64,000 nucleotides of DNA from Salpingoeca rosetta (GCA_033442325.1 JAWQFM010000002.1:2507144-2571143); one strand, 5' to 3'; counted from the first letter of the stretch, positions 48,003-62,384 are shown. Program-made: numbers and translations. The notes: a model not told the origin generated them from the letters alone.

Positions 48003-48160
48003 AGTTGCTGTCGTGAATGAGCGTTCGTTGGAGGAGAATGGGAAATGACCTTTATTTGGGAGGCAACCACAAACATGACTGCTCATCATCACACGTCAGT
48101 GTCACGTCTCACAAAACATCATCACGCCACAACAGCAACATCATCATCACATCAGCGCTG

Positions 48161-48377
48161 CTACACCTCTGTGGCGCGCACGTTGGCAGAGCGCCGTCTC
48201 GGTGCAACGCGGGCGCCCGACGCCTGCCTGCTCGCCTGACTCATTCTTCGCGGAACACCGCTGTACCGTTGCTGCTGCTGCTGCTGCTGCTGTTGTTGGG
48301 GTGGGTGGCTGTGGTGTTTGCGGAGTTGCACTTGCTCATACCCCTGCTGGTGTGGACGCGTGGGCACAGCTTGTTGT

Positions 48378-48418
<41 letters not shown>

Positions 48419-48560
48419 CTGCTGCTGTGCCCTGCGTACGCCACGCTCCGGCGATGGAGACGACTTCTTCACCTCGTCAATGTCAATCAGGTCGTCGTAG
48501 CTGCGCTGCTGCCCTTTGCGGAACAAATCACGCGACGGTGATGGCCTCCGCCTCGCTTCA

Positions 48561-48596
<36 letters not shown>

Positions 48597-48918
48597 GTTT
48601 GATGCATCTGCTGTGCTTGCTGTTGATGTGCTTGCAGCTGCTGTGTGGGATGCGTTCGTGTTTGGTGGTATTGCTGTGGCTGTTGTGGTGGTTGTGATGC
48701 TGCGCTGGGTTTGTCGCGCGACTGCGGCCGGCTGCTCAACACGGCGCGCTTCTCCGTTGTCCTGACGGCGCTGCTTGCAGGCAATTGTGTTGGAGACGTA
48801 AACGCGTCATCGACTGTGCCGGCGAGGGACCGTTCAGGGGTGGTCAGCATGGCCTTGTCCATCAGCTGCATAAACTCCCGTTCCCACGAATCACCCCCGT
48901 CATCATCATCACTTGCGT

Positions 48919-48991
<73 letters not shown>

Positions 48992-50676
48992 GACGTTGGC
49001 AGCAGCATGCTGGGCGCGTGGCTGACGCTGGTGCTGGTGCTGGTGTAGGTGGTGTGAGTCGTGCACCTCCTCGTCGAGAACAGGGTCGGCCGCATCCCCA
49101 ACATCAACGTCACCGCCATCGTCGTCCTCGTCATCGTCCAAACCGCTCAGCACGTCGAGCGTGACAGTGTCGCTTGGCGTGCCCGCGCGCCGCAACTGCG
49201 CTGTTCTCCCCTCTCTTCGCATCGTCGTCTCCTTGTTCATTTGTGACAGCAGCTGTCAACACATGCCCAGCAATGGTTGCGCGTGTGCATAGGGCACGCA
49301 GACATGCAAGAACGTGAGGTCTGTGCGCAGAACAACATTTCAACAACACAAAACGAAACGCACGGAAGCAAACCAAACAAACCAAGCGAAACAAACAAAG
49401 CGAAACAGAGCAAGTCCACACATACACATATTTACGCAGACACATACAAAAATACGTACACATACGCATGCAAAAGCACGAGACATGTCCTTGCTCTCAC
49501 CTGCTCAAGACCTTCGTCGACGCGACCGGGCTGTCGGAGCGTGCCGAGTGCGTCTGAGGACGCGGGAGTCGACGTTTCTGAGGACGTGCTTGGCTGTGAA
49601 GGCTGGTAGGCCGAGCGACAAAAGCACTTTGGGTGAGACAGGATAGTTGGAGAGCAACATGCAACTTGATGGGCTCCTACACGACACACAGCAACAACAA
49701 ACACACGAACAAACACGCACGGACAGACAACAAACAAACCGTCACACACACACAGACAACAAACAAACAGGCACACACACAGACATACTCACACAGACAT
49801 ACGCACACACGCACACACACACACACACACAAGCAAAACGGCGAGCGATACAAACACCCCTCTTCCCCCCCCCCCCAACCACGAACCTCACTGTCGTCGG
49901 TGTTGTGAACGACTTCAATTGTGAGTGCCTTTGACGTTTTCCTCTTAGCACGCGTACGAGGGGAGCGGAACAGGTGCAGGTGGGTGCCTCGTCGTTTCTT
50001 GAGGTCCTCAATCTGCCGTTGCCACTCCTCGTGCCGCTTTCGTCCAGCAGCAAGCTCCCGCAGATCCGCCTGAATACCAAAAGCAACACAAACCAAACAC
50101 AAACCAAACCATTGTGCAAGTGTCAATGCATGCACTAGGGCACGTGATGATGGTGTCATCGCACGTATCCTTGGATCTTTGATTGACATGTTAACTTCAT
50201 GACGTCGCACACACACGCACGCACGCACGCAGGCACAAGCACGAAAACACATGTACACGCACGCAAGCACGCACAAGCACGAAACACACACACGCACGCA
50301 AGCACGCACAAGCACGAAACACATTCACGCACACACGTACACACACACACACACACAAGCACGAAAATACATGCACGCACACACGTACACACACACGTAC
50401 ACACACACACACACACACACAAGCACGAAAATACATGCACACACACGCGCGCACCACGAGATTTCCCCAGTGCTCGTCTGAGTAGTCGATGGCCAAGAGG
50501 CGAGGTTCCAGAAATGGTTCAGAGAGCAGCCTGTCCTGTGTCTCGTCGCCAAGGTCGTCAAAGTTGGGGATCGACGCCAGCGTCTGGTTCATGGTCTTGA
50601 CAATTTCCTTGTGCATGGCGCCTTGGTCAGTGAAATACGCATCCAGGCGCCTCTGCGTCACCCGCTTCCCAGGCAT
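48161..50676 (-). CDS. Hypothetical protein: short helical/coiled-coil N-terminus and long Q-rich disordered C-terminus
   Basis: Exons at about 50455-50676 (MPGKRVTQRRLDAYFTDQ...), 49891-50069, ~49502-49640 and 48161-~49253 (acidic patch, poly-Q, SWEREFMQLMDKAML, SYDDLIDIDEV). GT-AG boundaries and coding-like codon usage. No family recognised and the start is uncertain. Confidence 0.6.
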
Positions 50677-50942
50677 CCTTTCTCTCCCTGTGCAAGACCT
50701 CTCGATGACCGCCGGCACAAACAAGGACGCTCCCTCCCGCGTATCAGGCAAGCAGGGCGGGCGGTTCTTCTTGGTCGGCGTCGTTGACAAGCACGCAACG
50801 AGGAGCTGTGCTGCTAACTGATCTTGGCTGTTTGAGGCTGCGGAAAAATGTTGAAATACACCACAAATCGCCAACAACGGCCATCAAAATTTTCGCCACA
50901 ACAACACCACCACACGACAAGCACGACAAAAGCACAGTGACC

Positions 50943-50976
<34 letters not shown>

Positions 50977-51078
50977 GTTTGTGGTTCCCGCTTCCACCAA
51001 CTTTTATTCGTCTCCCCCGCCCCCCATCTACGCCCCCCCCTTCTCCAAACTGTCCCCCCCTCTCCCCACCACCCCATA
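50677..51078. promoter_or_regulatory. Probable bidirectional promoter between the hypothetical Q-rich gene (-) and CCDC61 (+)
   Basis: Divergent starts about 400 bp apart. Confidence 0.4.
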
Positions 51079-51751
51079 ATGAGTGTACCGAGTGACCGCG
51101 GTCGGATTGTGGTGGGTGGCGAGGACGGCGAGGAGGATAACGTGTATGATGTGGAGTATGGACTGGGCACAACAGAGTTCTTCGTGCGCATCGAGCACAC
51201 GGTGACCACGGAGGTGTGGGCAAACACATTCTCGCGCGAATACATTGAGCAGCTGACGCACAAGGCTGGCAGCTTCAAGGAGCTCAGCGTCTTCTACCGC
51301 ATGTTGGCCAAGGGCATCGACCGCCAAAGCCCAGAGGTCGTCAGCGTCGCCCTGTACGACCAGCACGACTTGCAACAGCTACAGAAGACGAGGAGGCTGG
51401 GCGAATCTGTGGCAGCAAACGGCACCGAGGCACACAACAAGTACCTCGTGCTCACATACCGCACCGAGTACGACCGCGTGCAATACCCCCTCCCTCTCCT
51501 GTATGCAGGAGAGCCCGATCCCAAGGTCCTCATCAAGAAGATCCGGCACCTGCAAGACCTGCATGGCAAAGGGCGCCGCCCTCCTGCACCAGCCACAGCG
51601 ATACCATCGTCTTCTTCGCCATTGACGACGCACAGGGACAGGAAACGCCACGAGATGTCATCACCCTCCCCCGACGACACCAGGCCCACTTTGTCTCCCG
51701 CTCACCGACCGCCGCCTCAGCCAACACAACGACCGCGTCAACCGCAGCAAG

Positions 51752-51815
<64 letters not shown>

Positions 51816-53845
51816 CAGTGGCAAGGGTATGCCTGCGCCAGCGTCTTCGCCGCGCCGAAACTTGCGGCGAGAAGCAGCAACCGGCTCCCCCTTGCGACAG
51901 CATCGGCTGCGAGGCGCACGTGCTCGGACCACCCACGACAACGGCGACGCTGACGGCACGCCGCTGGACGTGTCTGTGGCAGACGTGACCATGCTCACGC
52001 AGACGATTGTGGACCTGCGGGAAGAGAACGAGCGGCTGCAGCGGCGCATGCGAGCGCTGGAGGACACCAACAAGCAGCAACGGCAGCAGCTACACCGCAA
52101 GCAGCACACAGCACAGGGCCAGGCGGAGTCGGACGCCAGTGCTGCCGGTGGCAAAGGTGGAGACCAGACCGCCGAGCTGAACCTGCTGCGGCACATTGTG
52201 ACCAACCTGGAGCAAGACGTGGTGGAGCAGAAGAACAGGTTCCACCGCAGCCTGCAGAAGAAGGCGGCGAAAATCGCAGCGCTGGAGACGGAGCTTGCGG
52301 CGGTGCAAGTGGCTGAGCGAAACCTGCGTGTCAAGTGCAGACACCTGACCAACGAATTGGCCGCCAGGCGTGGTGGCGGCGGCAGCGGCAGCGGTGGAAA
52401 CGGCACACCAGGCACGTCAACGCCACGCACACGGTCCCGTGTCGCACGTGCCAATGCAGGGCGGCCAGCTGCGTCGACAGCGGCAACGGGTCGGAGTGGC
52501 AGCCTCACACGCGTCCAGAGGCGTGGTAGCCCGTCAGCTGTCGGTGCGAGGCGACACAGACCCGGCTCGCGCTCACCTGCAGCAGCTGCTGGCGCTGGCC
52601 GCATCGGAGGGGCCCAGCGGCGGCCGTCCCCTGGGGGCAGAAGGAGTGGTGGAGGACTACGGAGCAGAAGTGCATCGCCCACGCCCCGCTTTGATCCAAC
52701 TGCATACGTGCGCGCGAGGGAGGAGAAGCTTCGGGTACGTGGTGAAGAAGGGATAGGGCAAGCAAGTGTGAAGTGTGAAGGATATACAAAATTGAGCTTT
52801 CATTCTTCCATCCACACGTACACGCGTTGTCACTTGCGCACTTGCATACTCACCGTTCCTCATGTGTGCGTGTGTTTGTGTGTGTCGTGTGTCGTCTGGT
52901 GTATGTATGTGTGTCGTCTGGTGTTTGTGTGTGTGCTTGTGTGTGTGTGTGTGTCGTGTGTGTGTGTGTCGTGTGTCGTGTGTGTCGTGTGTTGTGTGGT
53001 ATCTTATTGCGCCTTTGTCCTGTGTGCGTGTGTCTGCCAGGCTGCACGTGCAAAACGTGAGGGGAAGCGATCTGTGTCGCGCGGGCGGAGCGCATCGCCC
53101 GGTGCACGGCCACGGCGACCCACTCTCAGCCCAGGTGGGCCGCGTGTGCGAAGGGAGGGCAGCCTTGGCCGAAATGGCAGCGGCAGCGGCTTTGGCGGCA
53201 CTGCTGGCTCCCGCTCACGCACGGGAAGTCGGAGTAGAAGCAGGGGGCGAGACGTGACGAGTGTGGCAAAGCCGGCACCACAGCAGCAGGAGCAGCACGG
53301 TCGCCTACGTGGTCGAAGCAAATCTGCGGAACGCATCATGCAGCGTCCATCCCGGTATGTGTGTATGAATGTGTGTGTGAATGTGTGTATGTGTGTGTAT
53401 GTGCGTGTATGTGCGTGTGTGTGTGTGTGCATGTGCGTGTAAATGTGTGTGAATGTGTGTCAATGTTTGTGTTTGCGTGTACATGTGTGTGAATGTGTGT
53501 GTATGTGTGTGGCTTACTTGTTTGCGGTGGGCTTGTTATCCAATCATCCCTGGCAATTGCAGGTGTATGTGCTTCGTGGACATCAAGCGAGCAATGTATG
53601 TATAGCACACGCAATGTCCACTTTTCGTGCTCATATGCAATGCTGTGCGCATTTCCTTGTCTTCTAGGCGCCATGTGTCTCGCTCGCCACAGAATGCAAC
53701 GCCACGACGACGACAACAGCAGCTACAGCAGCCACAGCCGCCGCCAGAGGCGGATCGGTCGTATTTCAAGACTGCAGCCGAGATTGAAGACATTGATGCT
53801 CGACTGGCTGCCCTGAGCAAGTACCTGCAGCGAAGCCACAACTAG
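51079..53845 (+). CDS. CCDC61: CCDC61 / VFL3 centrosomal-basal body protein (SAS6/XRCC4-like head + coiled coil)
   Basis: Exons 51079-52734, 53041-53354 and 53668-53845. Head domain W...YIEQLTHKAGSFK...F...KYLVLTYRTEYDRVQYPLPLLYAGEPDP; conserved RFDPTAYVRAREEK; C-terminal EIEDIDARLAALSKYL. Confidence 0.93.
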
Positions 53846-54383
53846 CCTTGACCCCGCACTCGCGCGCACACTCGATATTGATCCCCATCTTCGATCCCTC
53901 CACTTGGTGGCACACCGCTTTCTTCCTTCTTCCTGACGCCTTGCCTTGCTCGATCCACCCTCCTCCTCTCCCATCAGTGCTGTGTGTCGACAGGTGTCCT
54001 CATCTGTTGTGGATAGCACAGACACTTTTCTCCGAACCTCTGGCAGCCGTAGCTGTTCTTGGCTGTACATACTCTTCTTGCCAGTGTCCCGGATTCGATT
54101 TCCGTTGATTTCCGTTTACCCTCGCTTCCACCTTCCCCTTTTGCTTCTTTCCATTTCATTGGGACCCTTGTTTATTTTACACAGCAGCGGTTTGTGCTGC
54201 CACCGAAAGCGTCGCGTACGCCCTCTGCGCGGTTGGAGCCTTGTGTTCTCCAATATTTCTTCCTGTACACAAAGCAAGCACAGCGTCTTCGCAGACACAC
54301 AAGCACAAAGCGCAACAACTCCTGTCGACAAACACCCAGAATCAAGCAGAAGAGAACAAGGGGCATTCATCACACCAACTGAC

Positions 54384-55465
54384 ATGCATGAAGAACTGGT
54401 GCGTTGTTGTCGTCATGTCGCCTCAAGCTCAAGAAGACAGCGGTCTGCTGGCTGGTGTTCTGTTGTTGTTGTTTTGGTTTTGCGTTTGTGCAGTGCACAG
54501 TTGAGAAATTTGTTTGGCATTTTCACGACTATTCCGCGGCTAAGTTTGGCTTGCGACGATGAACGACCACGAACAAGCAAGGTGACAAGCTGGGTTTCGC
54601 GGGAAGAGTGCGGGTGGTGGTGGTGATGGTGTGTGCGTGAGCGGATGGGAGGTGGAGGGGTGGGAAGGAGAGGAGAGGGATGACAGCGGATGAGGAGAGG
54701 GAAAGGTGCAGCTGAATGCAAGTGGCAAGGTGCCTGGCTTTGGTGCTGCTCGACAGTGGACTGTGTGCAGTCAGTGGGGATTTGACCAGATTTGAGTGGG
54801 TGGGGGTGGGGGTGGTCAGTGACACACACATCTGCCGCCGTTTGTGTCGACATGCAATGGATGTGTGTGGATGTAGGCATGTAGGCACAGGTGTGCAGAC
54901 AGCCACAAGCAACAGCACCTCAGCCACCACTCCCATCAACTTGTTTGTCTTGTTGTGCTGCTGCTTCATCTCCGTCTGTTTGTAGCGTTGGTGTCTTCTC
55001 ACATTGATTGTTTGTCGATTGGCTTGGTCATTGCCCGGCCCGACCTCCACCCCCCCCCATGTCTCCGTGGCGTGCGTCAATGCACCAGCCGGTTCTTCTT
55101 GGCAGTGGCATCAGCTGCTGTTGCTGAACTGTACCAGCTGCCAGAAACCTCACGAGGCGGGCGTGGGTCCAGCAATGGCACTGTCGACAGACCAAGCGCT
55201 GCCAGTTCCGGCAAGGCAAAGCACGCCAGTTCTGCCTTGGCCTCTGATCGACTCGAAGAGACCATCGACGACGCACGAGCGCACGCCAGCGGCTGCTTTC
55301 GACATCACACGCAGCATTTCCTGCAGGCCTCGAAACAGGTTGGTATGCCCGCCTCTGTCGACTCCTCGACAGTTGGCTGTCTGCCCGCTGCCACCGCTAT
55401 CAACAACTTAACCCATTGTTCTCGACTCTGTTAATATCTGCATGTGTGTGTGCGTGCGTGCGTGC

Positions 55466-55555
<90 letters not shown>

Positions 55556-56190
55556 GTGTTGCGTGTTTGCGTGTTTGTCCGTGGTTTGTCTGCGCGCATG
55601 CGCGTGTGTCTGCATGCGCGTGGGTTCATCCTTTCGTATTCCAGACAATGCCTGACCGTGTGCACGTGTGTGCGTGCGTGCGTGTGTGCAGGAAGAGGAC
55701 GTGGAACTCACTGTCGTCATCCCAATGGCCGTTGTCGAGGAGAAGGTTGCTGCCCTCCTGAACATCGACAAAGACCAGGTGTGCTTGCTGCACTCACATA
55801 TCACTATTGAAGCGCTACCAATATCACAGCGCAATGTCTTTGTGTCGACACATGCTTTCAGCAGACGTCAACAGACGTGCACTGTGACCAGGATTTACAT
55901 CCCGCCACCTTGAAAGCTTCTTCAGGTTGCCGGCTTGAAGCCAGCGACCCACAACGGTCGACAAACACCGCAACCGTGTCTCATATTCAAGTGCATGTGT
56001 GCACATGTTTTGCCCTTGCAGGATGTTGATGAAGCCGTCGTTGTGCCGACAGATACGGACTCTCTTGGTTTTGCAGAGCAAGGCATGAGCAACATCTACG
56101 AGCAGCTCTCACCCAAGTGCGTGACATCGCTGGTGCTGCTGCTGGCGGTGGCGGCGGTGGTGTGTGAATGTGCATTTGTGCGCATGCGTA

Positions 56191-56237
<47 letters not shown>

Positions 56238-56717
56238 ATGTGTGTGTGTGTGTGCTTATGCGTGTGATAACTGTGATAACCATGTGTGCTTGGTGCCCAC
56301 TCATTGTTGCTCAACTGCTCCCACTCACGTCGTTCTGTGCGCATCCCTGCAACACATCTGGCGCGCACCAGGCTGAGGGCGGCTGCCAAGCATGCGTTTG
56401 AGGTGCGCTTTCAAGAGCCAAAGACAGCCAATTCAACCACCGTCCCATTCTCCACCTTCAAGCAGGTGCTTGAGCAGCACACCGGCAGCGCCGGTGATGG
56501 GCATCTCAGCCACCATGGCGACAATGCCTTTCACTCGCATTTCAAAGATGCCGTCGAGTTGGTGCTTGACTCCCTCTCCAAGTTGAGCATGGCCACAGTT
56601 GACGTGTCGGAGCTCAGCGATTTTGTCTCTTGCTTGCGCACATGGTCCTGCGATAGCAACGGAGGTGCGTGCCACGAGCCAATAGCACGACACCTTGTCT
56701 GCACAAGTGTGATTGTA

Positions 56718-56782
<65 letters not shown>

Positions 56783-58464
56783 CAATAGCACGACACCTTG
56801 TCTGCACAAGTGTGATCGTGTGTGTGTGTGTGTGTGCGTGCGTGCACCTGAGCATGTGCGTGTGTGGTTACCAGCTTGCCTCCCTTCTCTCTTTCTCTCT
56901 CCTTTTCCTCTCCTCATCTCATGGCATACCAACATCGCGGCTGTGGTTTCGTCTGACATGAAATACTGCCTGTCGCTGCAGACGTGCGCGTGACATTTGC
57001 GAAGGTGTGCCCCGTGAGCACTGCACAGGCCGTAGCCAAGCAGGGCCGATCGGCCGGCGCCGCGCAAGAGGAACTGCAGAACAAGCTGCATGCTGCACTG
57101 GAGGACCTTGCCGGCTGGTCCGAGGCTCCTGTGGCAGCGCATGAGCGTACGGCACTGCTTGCAGAGCCAGCCAGTCGCGACCAGCCCCGCCGGCCTTTAC
57201 TGCTCGAGGAAGACAACGCTTTTCTCGTCAACAAGTACCGTGACATCCGCACGCACGTTCTCGCTTTGGAGGGGCATGTGCAGCGCCTCTCAAGGGTCAG
57301 CAAGACGCTAACCTGCGTGATGGACGAGTCACAGCCCATGGACGCTGCCTTGCCGCTGTCCCCGGCGGTGCTCTACGAGTGCCTCAGGCGCAACCTGCAA
57401 GCCGTTGACGTTGCCTTGGAGCTCACGCGGCGTCAGAACCAGCAGGCCCTCAACGACATCAGCGTCATGTCGCATGAGCTGGACGCCCTGCAGCACGAGC
57501 TGATGGCTGTGCAGAAGGACAAGTTCCAGGCTGAGCAGATCTTCACGTCCGGTACCGTGGCGCGCCAGAAAATCCCCCAGCTGCGCGATCACGTGACGTT
57601 TCTGCAAAGCCGGGAGTCCAAGCTGGCCACGGAGATCAGCCAGAAGAGCCCCCATCTGCAACGGCGCAAGCAGCACCAGACCGCGCTCACTCAATACGCA
57701 AAGAGCCTCGAGGCCCTCCAAAAAGAATGCATTGATGTGCGAAGACAGATCCTCTGGTGCCGTGACGATCCTAACGAGGACTCCAGCGTTGCGGCCATCA
57801 CAGCCTCCAGCCCACTGGTGCGGTCATTCGAGCTTGCTTGTTTTGCAACAGTGCGCGTGCTCTTCTCTTTCTGATTGCGTTGGTGTACTACACACGTGCA
57901 TTTGTGAGCACGGCGTTGTTGTCATTGTTGTGTGCTCGTTGGTCCACTTGGTGTGCGCACGTGTGCGCGCGCGTGTCACATGTGCATTGAGCATCACGCT
58001 GGCCTTTTGCATGTGGAGCTACCTGCTTTCTTTTGCTCACACTCTTGTGCTGTGGGCATGACAAATGTGCACAGGGCCAACGCGTGCTGTCGTGCGCAAA
58101 ACAAACCAAGGGAGCATTTAGCAGCTTGTGCCAGCAAGCGTTTTCCCGCATTGGTGAAGCGCGCTGTGTGCTCATGATCATCTTTCAAGCCACCAAGCAC
58201 AAGCTACGGCGCGAGGACCTGCTTCTGACGGCGTGCAGCAGAGCGCTCATGCAGCACCTCGGCAGCGCTCGCTCTCGCATCGTCCGGGACACAATTTCAG
58301 AGCGCAAGCAGCTTGAGGAGGAGCTGAAGAAGCGCAGCGACGACGCTTTCAACGAGATCATGGCGTCGCTGGGCGAAACACACAAGGTCAAAGCCAAGAA
58401 GGGCAGTGACAAAGGCGGCAAAGCCAAGAACAAGAAAAAGAAGGACAAGTCGCGTCGCAAGAAC

Positions 58465-58520
<56 letters not shown>

Positions 58521-61500
58521 GAAGCGGAAGCAGACGCAGCAGAAGCAGCAACAACAACAACAGAAGCGGAAGCAGACACAGACGCAGACGCAGCAAAAGC
58601 AGCAGCAGAAGCAGCAACAGCAACCTAGCGAACGTGGCGGAAGGCCTTCGGGTGATAGCGAGTCAGCAGTGGGCAACCACAACGAAGCCATACCCTCGCC
58701 CACAGAAGACACGCCGACGGGCACCAATCACCGACAGTCCAAGTCATCGGCAGCATCTCCTGCCACCATTGCCGCGTCAGTCAGCAAGCAGGCTGTGCCA
58801 TCCATGGATGACGAGGTGTCCCTGCTTGCTGACTCTGGCATGCATGCCAGCGTGATGGTACCCGAAGACGCTCTCCATAGCAGTGCCCCCTGGGAGGAGA
58901 ACGAGTGGCAGGTTCCGCGTGGTCACGCTTCTCAGCGCAAGCAGCGACTGCAAGCACGTGGGCGCAACGCCAAGCCGAGCAACAGTGATACAGCAGCAGC
59001 GGCAGCAGCGGCCGAGAGTCACGAGGCAAAGCAACACACAAGGCGCGCCCGTTCCAAGGGGGGCAAGGGACGTGGTACCAACCAACGTCCCAACAGAACG
59101 CACGAAGACGCACCAGAGGCGAAGCAGAGGCCTGCCACACTTGACACGAAAGGCATAGCCAAGAACAAAGCCTCCGAGCGCAAACAGGCATGGCCAGGCC
59201 AGCAGAAGCAGCAGAAACAGGCGGATTTGAAGAAGCCGCCAATGAAGCAGCAGCCAGTCAAGCAGCAGCCAGTCAAGCAGCAGCAAGTCAAGCAGCAGCA
59301 AGTCAAGCAGCAGCAAGTCAAGCAGCAGCAAGTCAAGCAGCCAGTCAAGCAGCAGCAAGTCAAGCAGCAGCCAGTCAAGCAGCAGCAAGTCAAGCAGCAG
59401 CAAGTCAAGCAGCAGCAAGTCAAGCAGCCAGTCAACCAGCAGCCAGTCAAGCAGCAGCCAGTCAAGCAGCAGCAAGTCAAGCAGCAGCCAGTCAACCAGC
59501 AGCATGTGAAGCAGCAGCCAGTCAAGCAGCAGCAGGGGCAGCCAGTGAAGGACAAGAAGCAGCAGCAACAATTGAGGCCATGGAAGCAAGAGCGGACTGT
59601 TATGATGACCAAGGACACGCAACAGACGTCCAGCGTACCCCGGGCTGCAGCTTCCGCGTCCAAAACAGCGGCAGCCATCGCGCCTGCTCGGGGTGCTGTG
59701 AATTTTGCTGATGGTGGCTCCCAGCAAGGGCTGTCCGACGTTGCTTTTGGGTTTGATGAGGCTACAGAGGAAACAGGGAAGGAGAGCGCGCGTGAGCAGA
59801 CACAAGCAAAAGAGAACTCCCCCGCATCTACGTCCAGGCAGCAGCCGAAACAGCCGAAGCAGAAAGAGCTGCCGAAGCAGCAGGAGCAGGCGCAGCAGCC
59901 GAAGCAGCAACAGCAGCAGAAGGTGGAAGAGCGGAAACAGTCGAAGCAGCAAGAGAAGGAAGAGCGGAAGCAGCAGAAGCAGCAAGAGCAGCAACCGCTG
60001 AGACAATCGAAACAGCCGAAGTCGCAAGAGAAGGAAGAGCGGAAGCAGCAGAAGCAGCAGAAGCAGCAAGAGCAGCAACCGCTGAGACAATCGAAACAGC
60101 CGAAGTCGCAAGAGAAGGAAGAGCAGAAACAGCAGAAGCAGCAAGAGCAGCAACCGCTGAGACAATCGAAACAGCCGAAGCCGCAAGAGAAGGAAGAGCA
60201 GAAACAGCCGAAGCAGCAGGCACAGCAGCAACAGAAGCAGAATCAGGATGAGCAGCAACAACAGCAGAGACAGGAAGAGAAGCCAAAGCAGGAAAGGCAG
60301 GAAGAGCAGCCAGGCCACGGTGCTCTCAATGGTGGCGGTGCGGGCATGATGGTACCAGGGACAAACAACGCACCCCCTGCGCCTCCTTATGCTGGACAGT
60401 CCTCTCAACCACCTTTGATGCCGGCCCCGGTGCCCATGCATCCGCAAGGTGGCGGGGTTGTGCCTGGAAACCAACACCAGATGCCGCAATACGCGCCCGA
60501 CCAACACGGCATGATGCCCCCACACCCATGGCAGGAGCAGCAGGCGCACATGGGCCACACAAACGGGGTCATGAACCCTCACACACACTCGTACTACCCG
60601 CACCATCCTCAGCAGTATGTACCTAACACCCAGGTCCCTGGTTATGGCCACCAGCACATGCAGCCCCACACCGCGCAAGTGCAAGTGCAGCCATTTCAAC
60701 CATCGCCCTACCAGCCATCCCAGTCATACCAGCCATACCCGCCATACCCGCCATACCCGCCATACCAGCAACCGCAGCCAGCACAGCCAGCACAGCAACC
60801 GCAGCCAGATCAATCATCCCAGCCAGATCAATCATCCCAGCCATCCCCGACGCCCTCCGACGATGCGCCTGCGCGTCCAACTCGTGTGCTGTTCAAGTTG
60901 ACAGGGGCCTCACCAGAGGCCAACACGGCAAGCACCACTAGCGGTGAACCAACGTCACCTATCACAGCACCACCAGCGCAGGCACCGGCGAATTTGACGG
61001 CGGAAGGGAAGGGCGCGGCGGACACCACCGCTCCTGACAGCAGCGGCTCGGACTGCGAGGAGAAAGAGAAAGAGAAGCCGAACAGCGGGACGGGCAAGAG
61101 CAAACGAGAGGAGGAATGCAAGGGAGCAGAGGTTAACGAGATGGCGGGGCAGAACGGCTCGGTTAAGGAAAGCAAAGCGAACAAGGCTACGAAAGAGCAG
61201 GGCGTGGTCAACGTGGTGCAAGAGTCAAAGGAGAAAACAGAGAAAGTCAAGGGGTCAACGATGACGGAAGCGCAGAGTGTGCAGGAGGACAAGAGTGAGG
61301 AGCAGGAGAAGACGAACCACGTCGTGAAAGAGCAGCAGGCTGAGGGTGAAGCAAAGAGTGAACAGCGCCCAAAGGAAGCTGGGCAAGAGACGGCAACCAC
61401 AGCCCAGAGCGAGGAAGAGAAGACAAGGGAGGAGGAAGGCGGAAATAGAGACGGTGGTGTCGAAAGCGGTATCCAAGCTGAGCAGGAGCCGGAAGAATCA

Positions 61501-62325
61501 GGGGCCAAATCGCGGGAGCAGGGCGACACAGAAGAGCAACAACCGGTGAATGATGATAACAGCCACACGGAGGTGAAGACAACAGGCCACCAGCGTCATG
61601 CCCTGCGCGGTCATCCCCGCAACGAGCGCGATCAGCGCGGCCGCCACCACCCACATCATCCGAGCCCGCAGGACCCTCGCCGCAAGCAGCACCACAATCG
61701 CCAAAGCCACCGTACACCTCGCAAGCAACAGCATCCGCGGCCGCCGTTTCATGCCCAGCACCAGCACCAGCACCAGCACCAGCAGTTGCCACACCCAGGG
61801 CTCGATGCTTCTATGGCACCATTTCACCCAACCGGGGGCCCCATCGCCGGCGGCCCGCAGGCACCACAGATGCAACAAGTGCCGTACATGCATCAACAGC
61901 ACATGCAGCACACGCCACAAGTGCCGTACATGCAGCAAGTGCCCCAAGTGCAGCACATGCCTCAACAGCAGCAGCAGTTCATGCCTCAGCAGCACACCAT
62001 GCAGTTTATGCCTCAACAACAACAGCAGCATATACCGATAGCCCCAGCTGGTGGCCAGCACCCAGGAATGGTAGCAGGTGCTGGCGAGGGTACGATGCCA
62101 CCTGTGATGCCGTATCCTGCTCCTCAACCGCCCGTGCCAAACGGCGGTGTGCACCACGGCGCACCAATGGCACAACACATGTACATGGGCCCATACATGG
62201 GCCAACTGCAGCAATTTACGCACGGTGCGATGCATGTGTTTGTGTATATCGTGCACTGCATTTGTATTTCTCATGCTTTCCACCCGGGTGTATGCCAATG
62301 CCTCATCATCTCACACTGGGGTGCG

Positions 62326-62384
<59 letters not shown>

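Noticed and set aside
59245-60215. Regular repeats superficially resembling a CRISPR array
   Set aside because: The units are contiguous without unique spacers, lie in frame in a eukaryotic CDS, and there are no cas genes.
58777-60699. 640-aa Leu-rich minus-strand ORF (LLLDW repeats)
   Set aside because: Antisense reading of CAG/AAG-rich Q/K repeats. It is not a leucine-rich-repeat or membrane protein.
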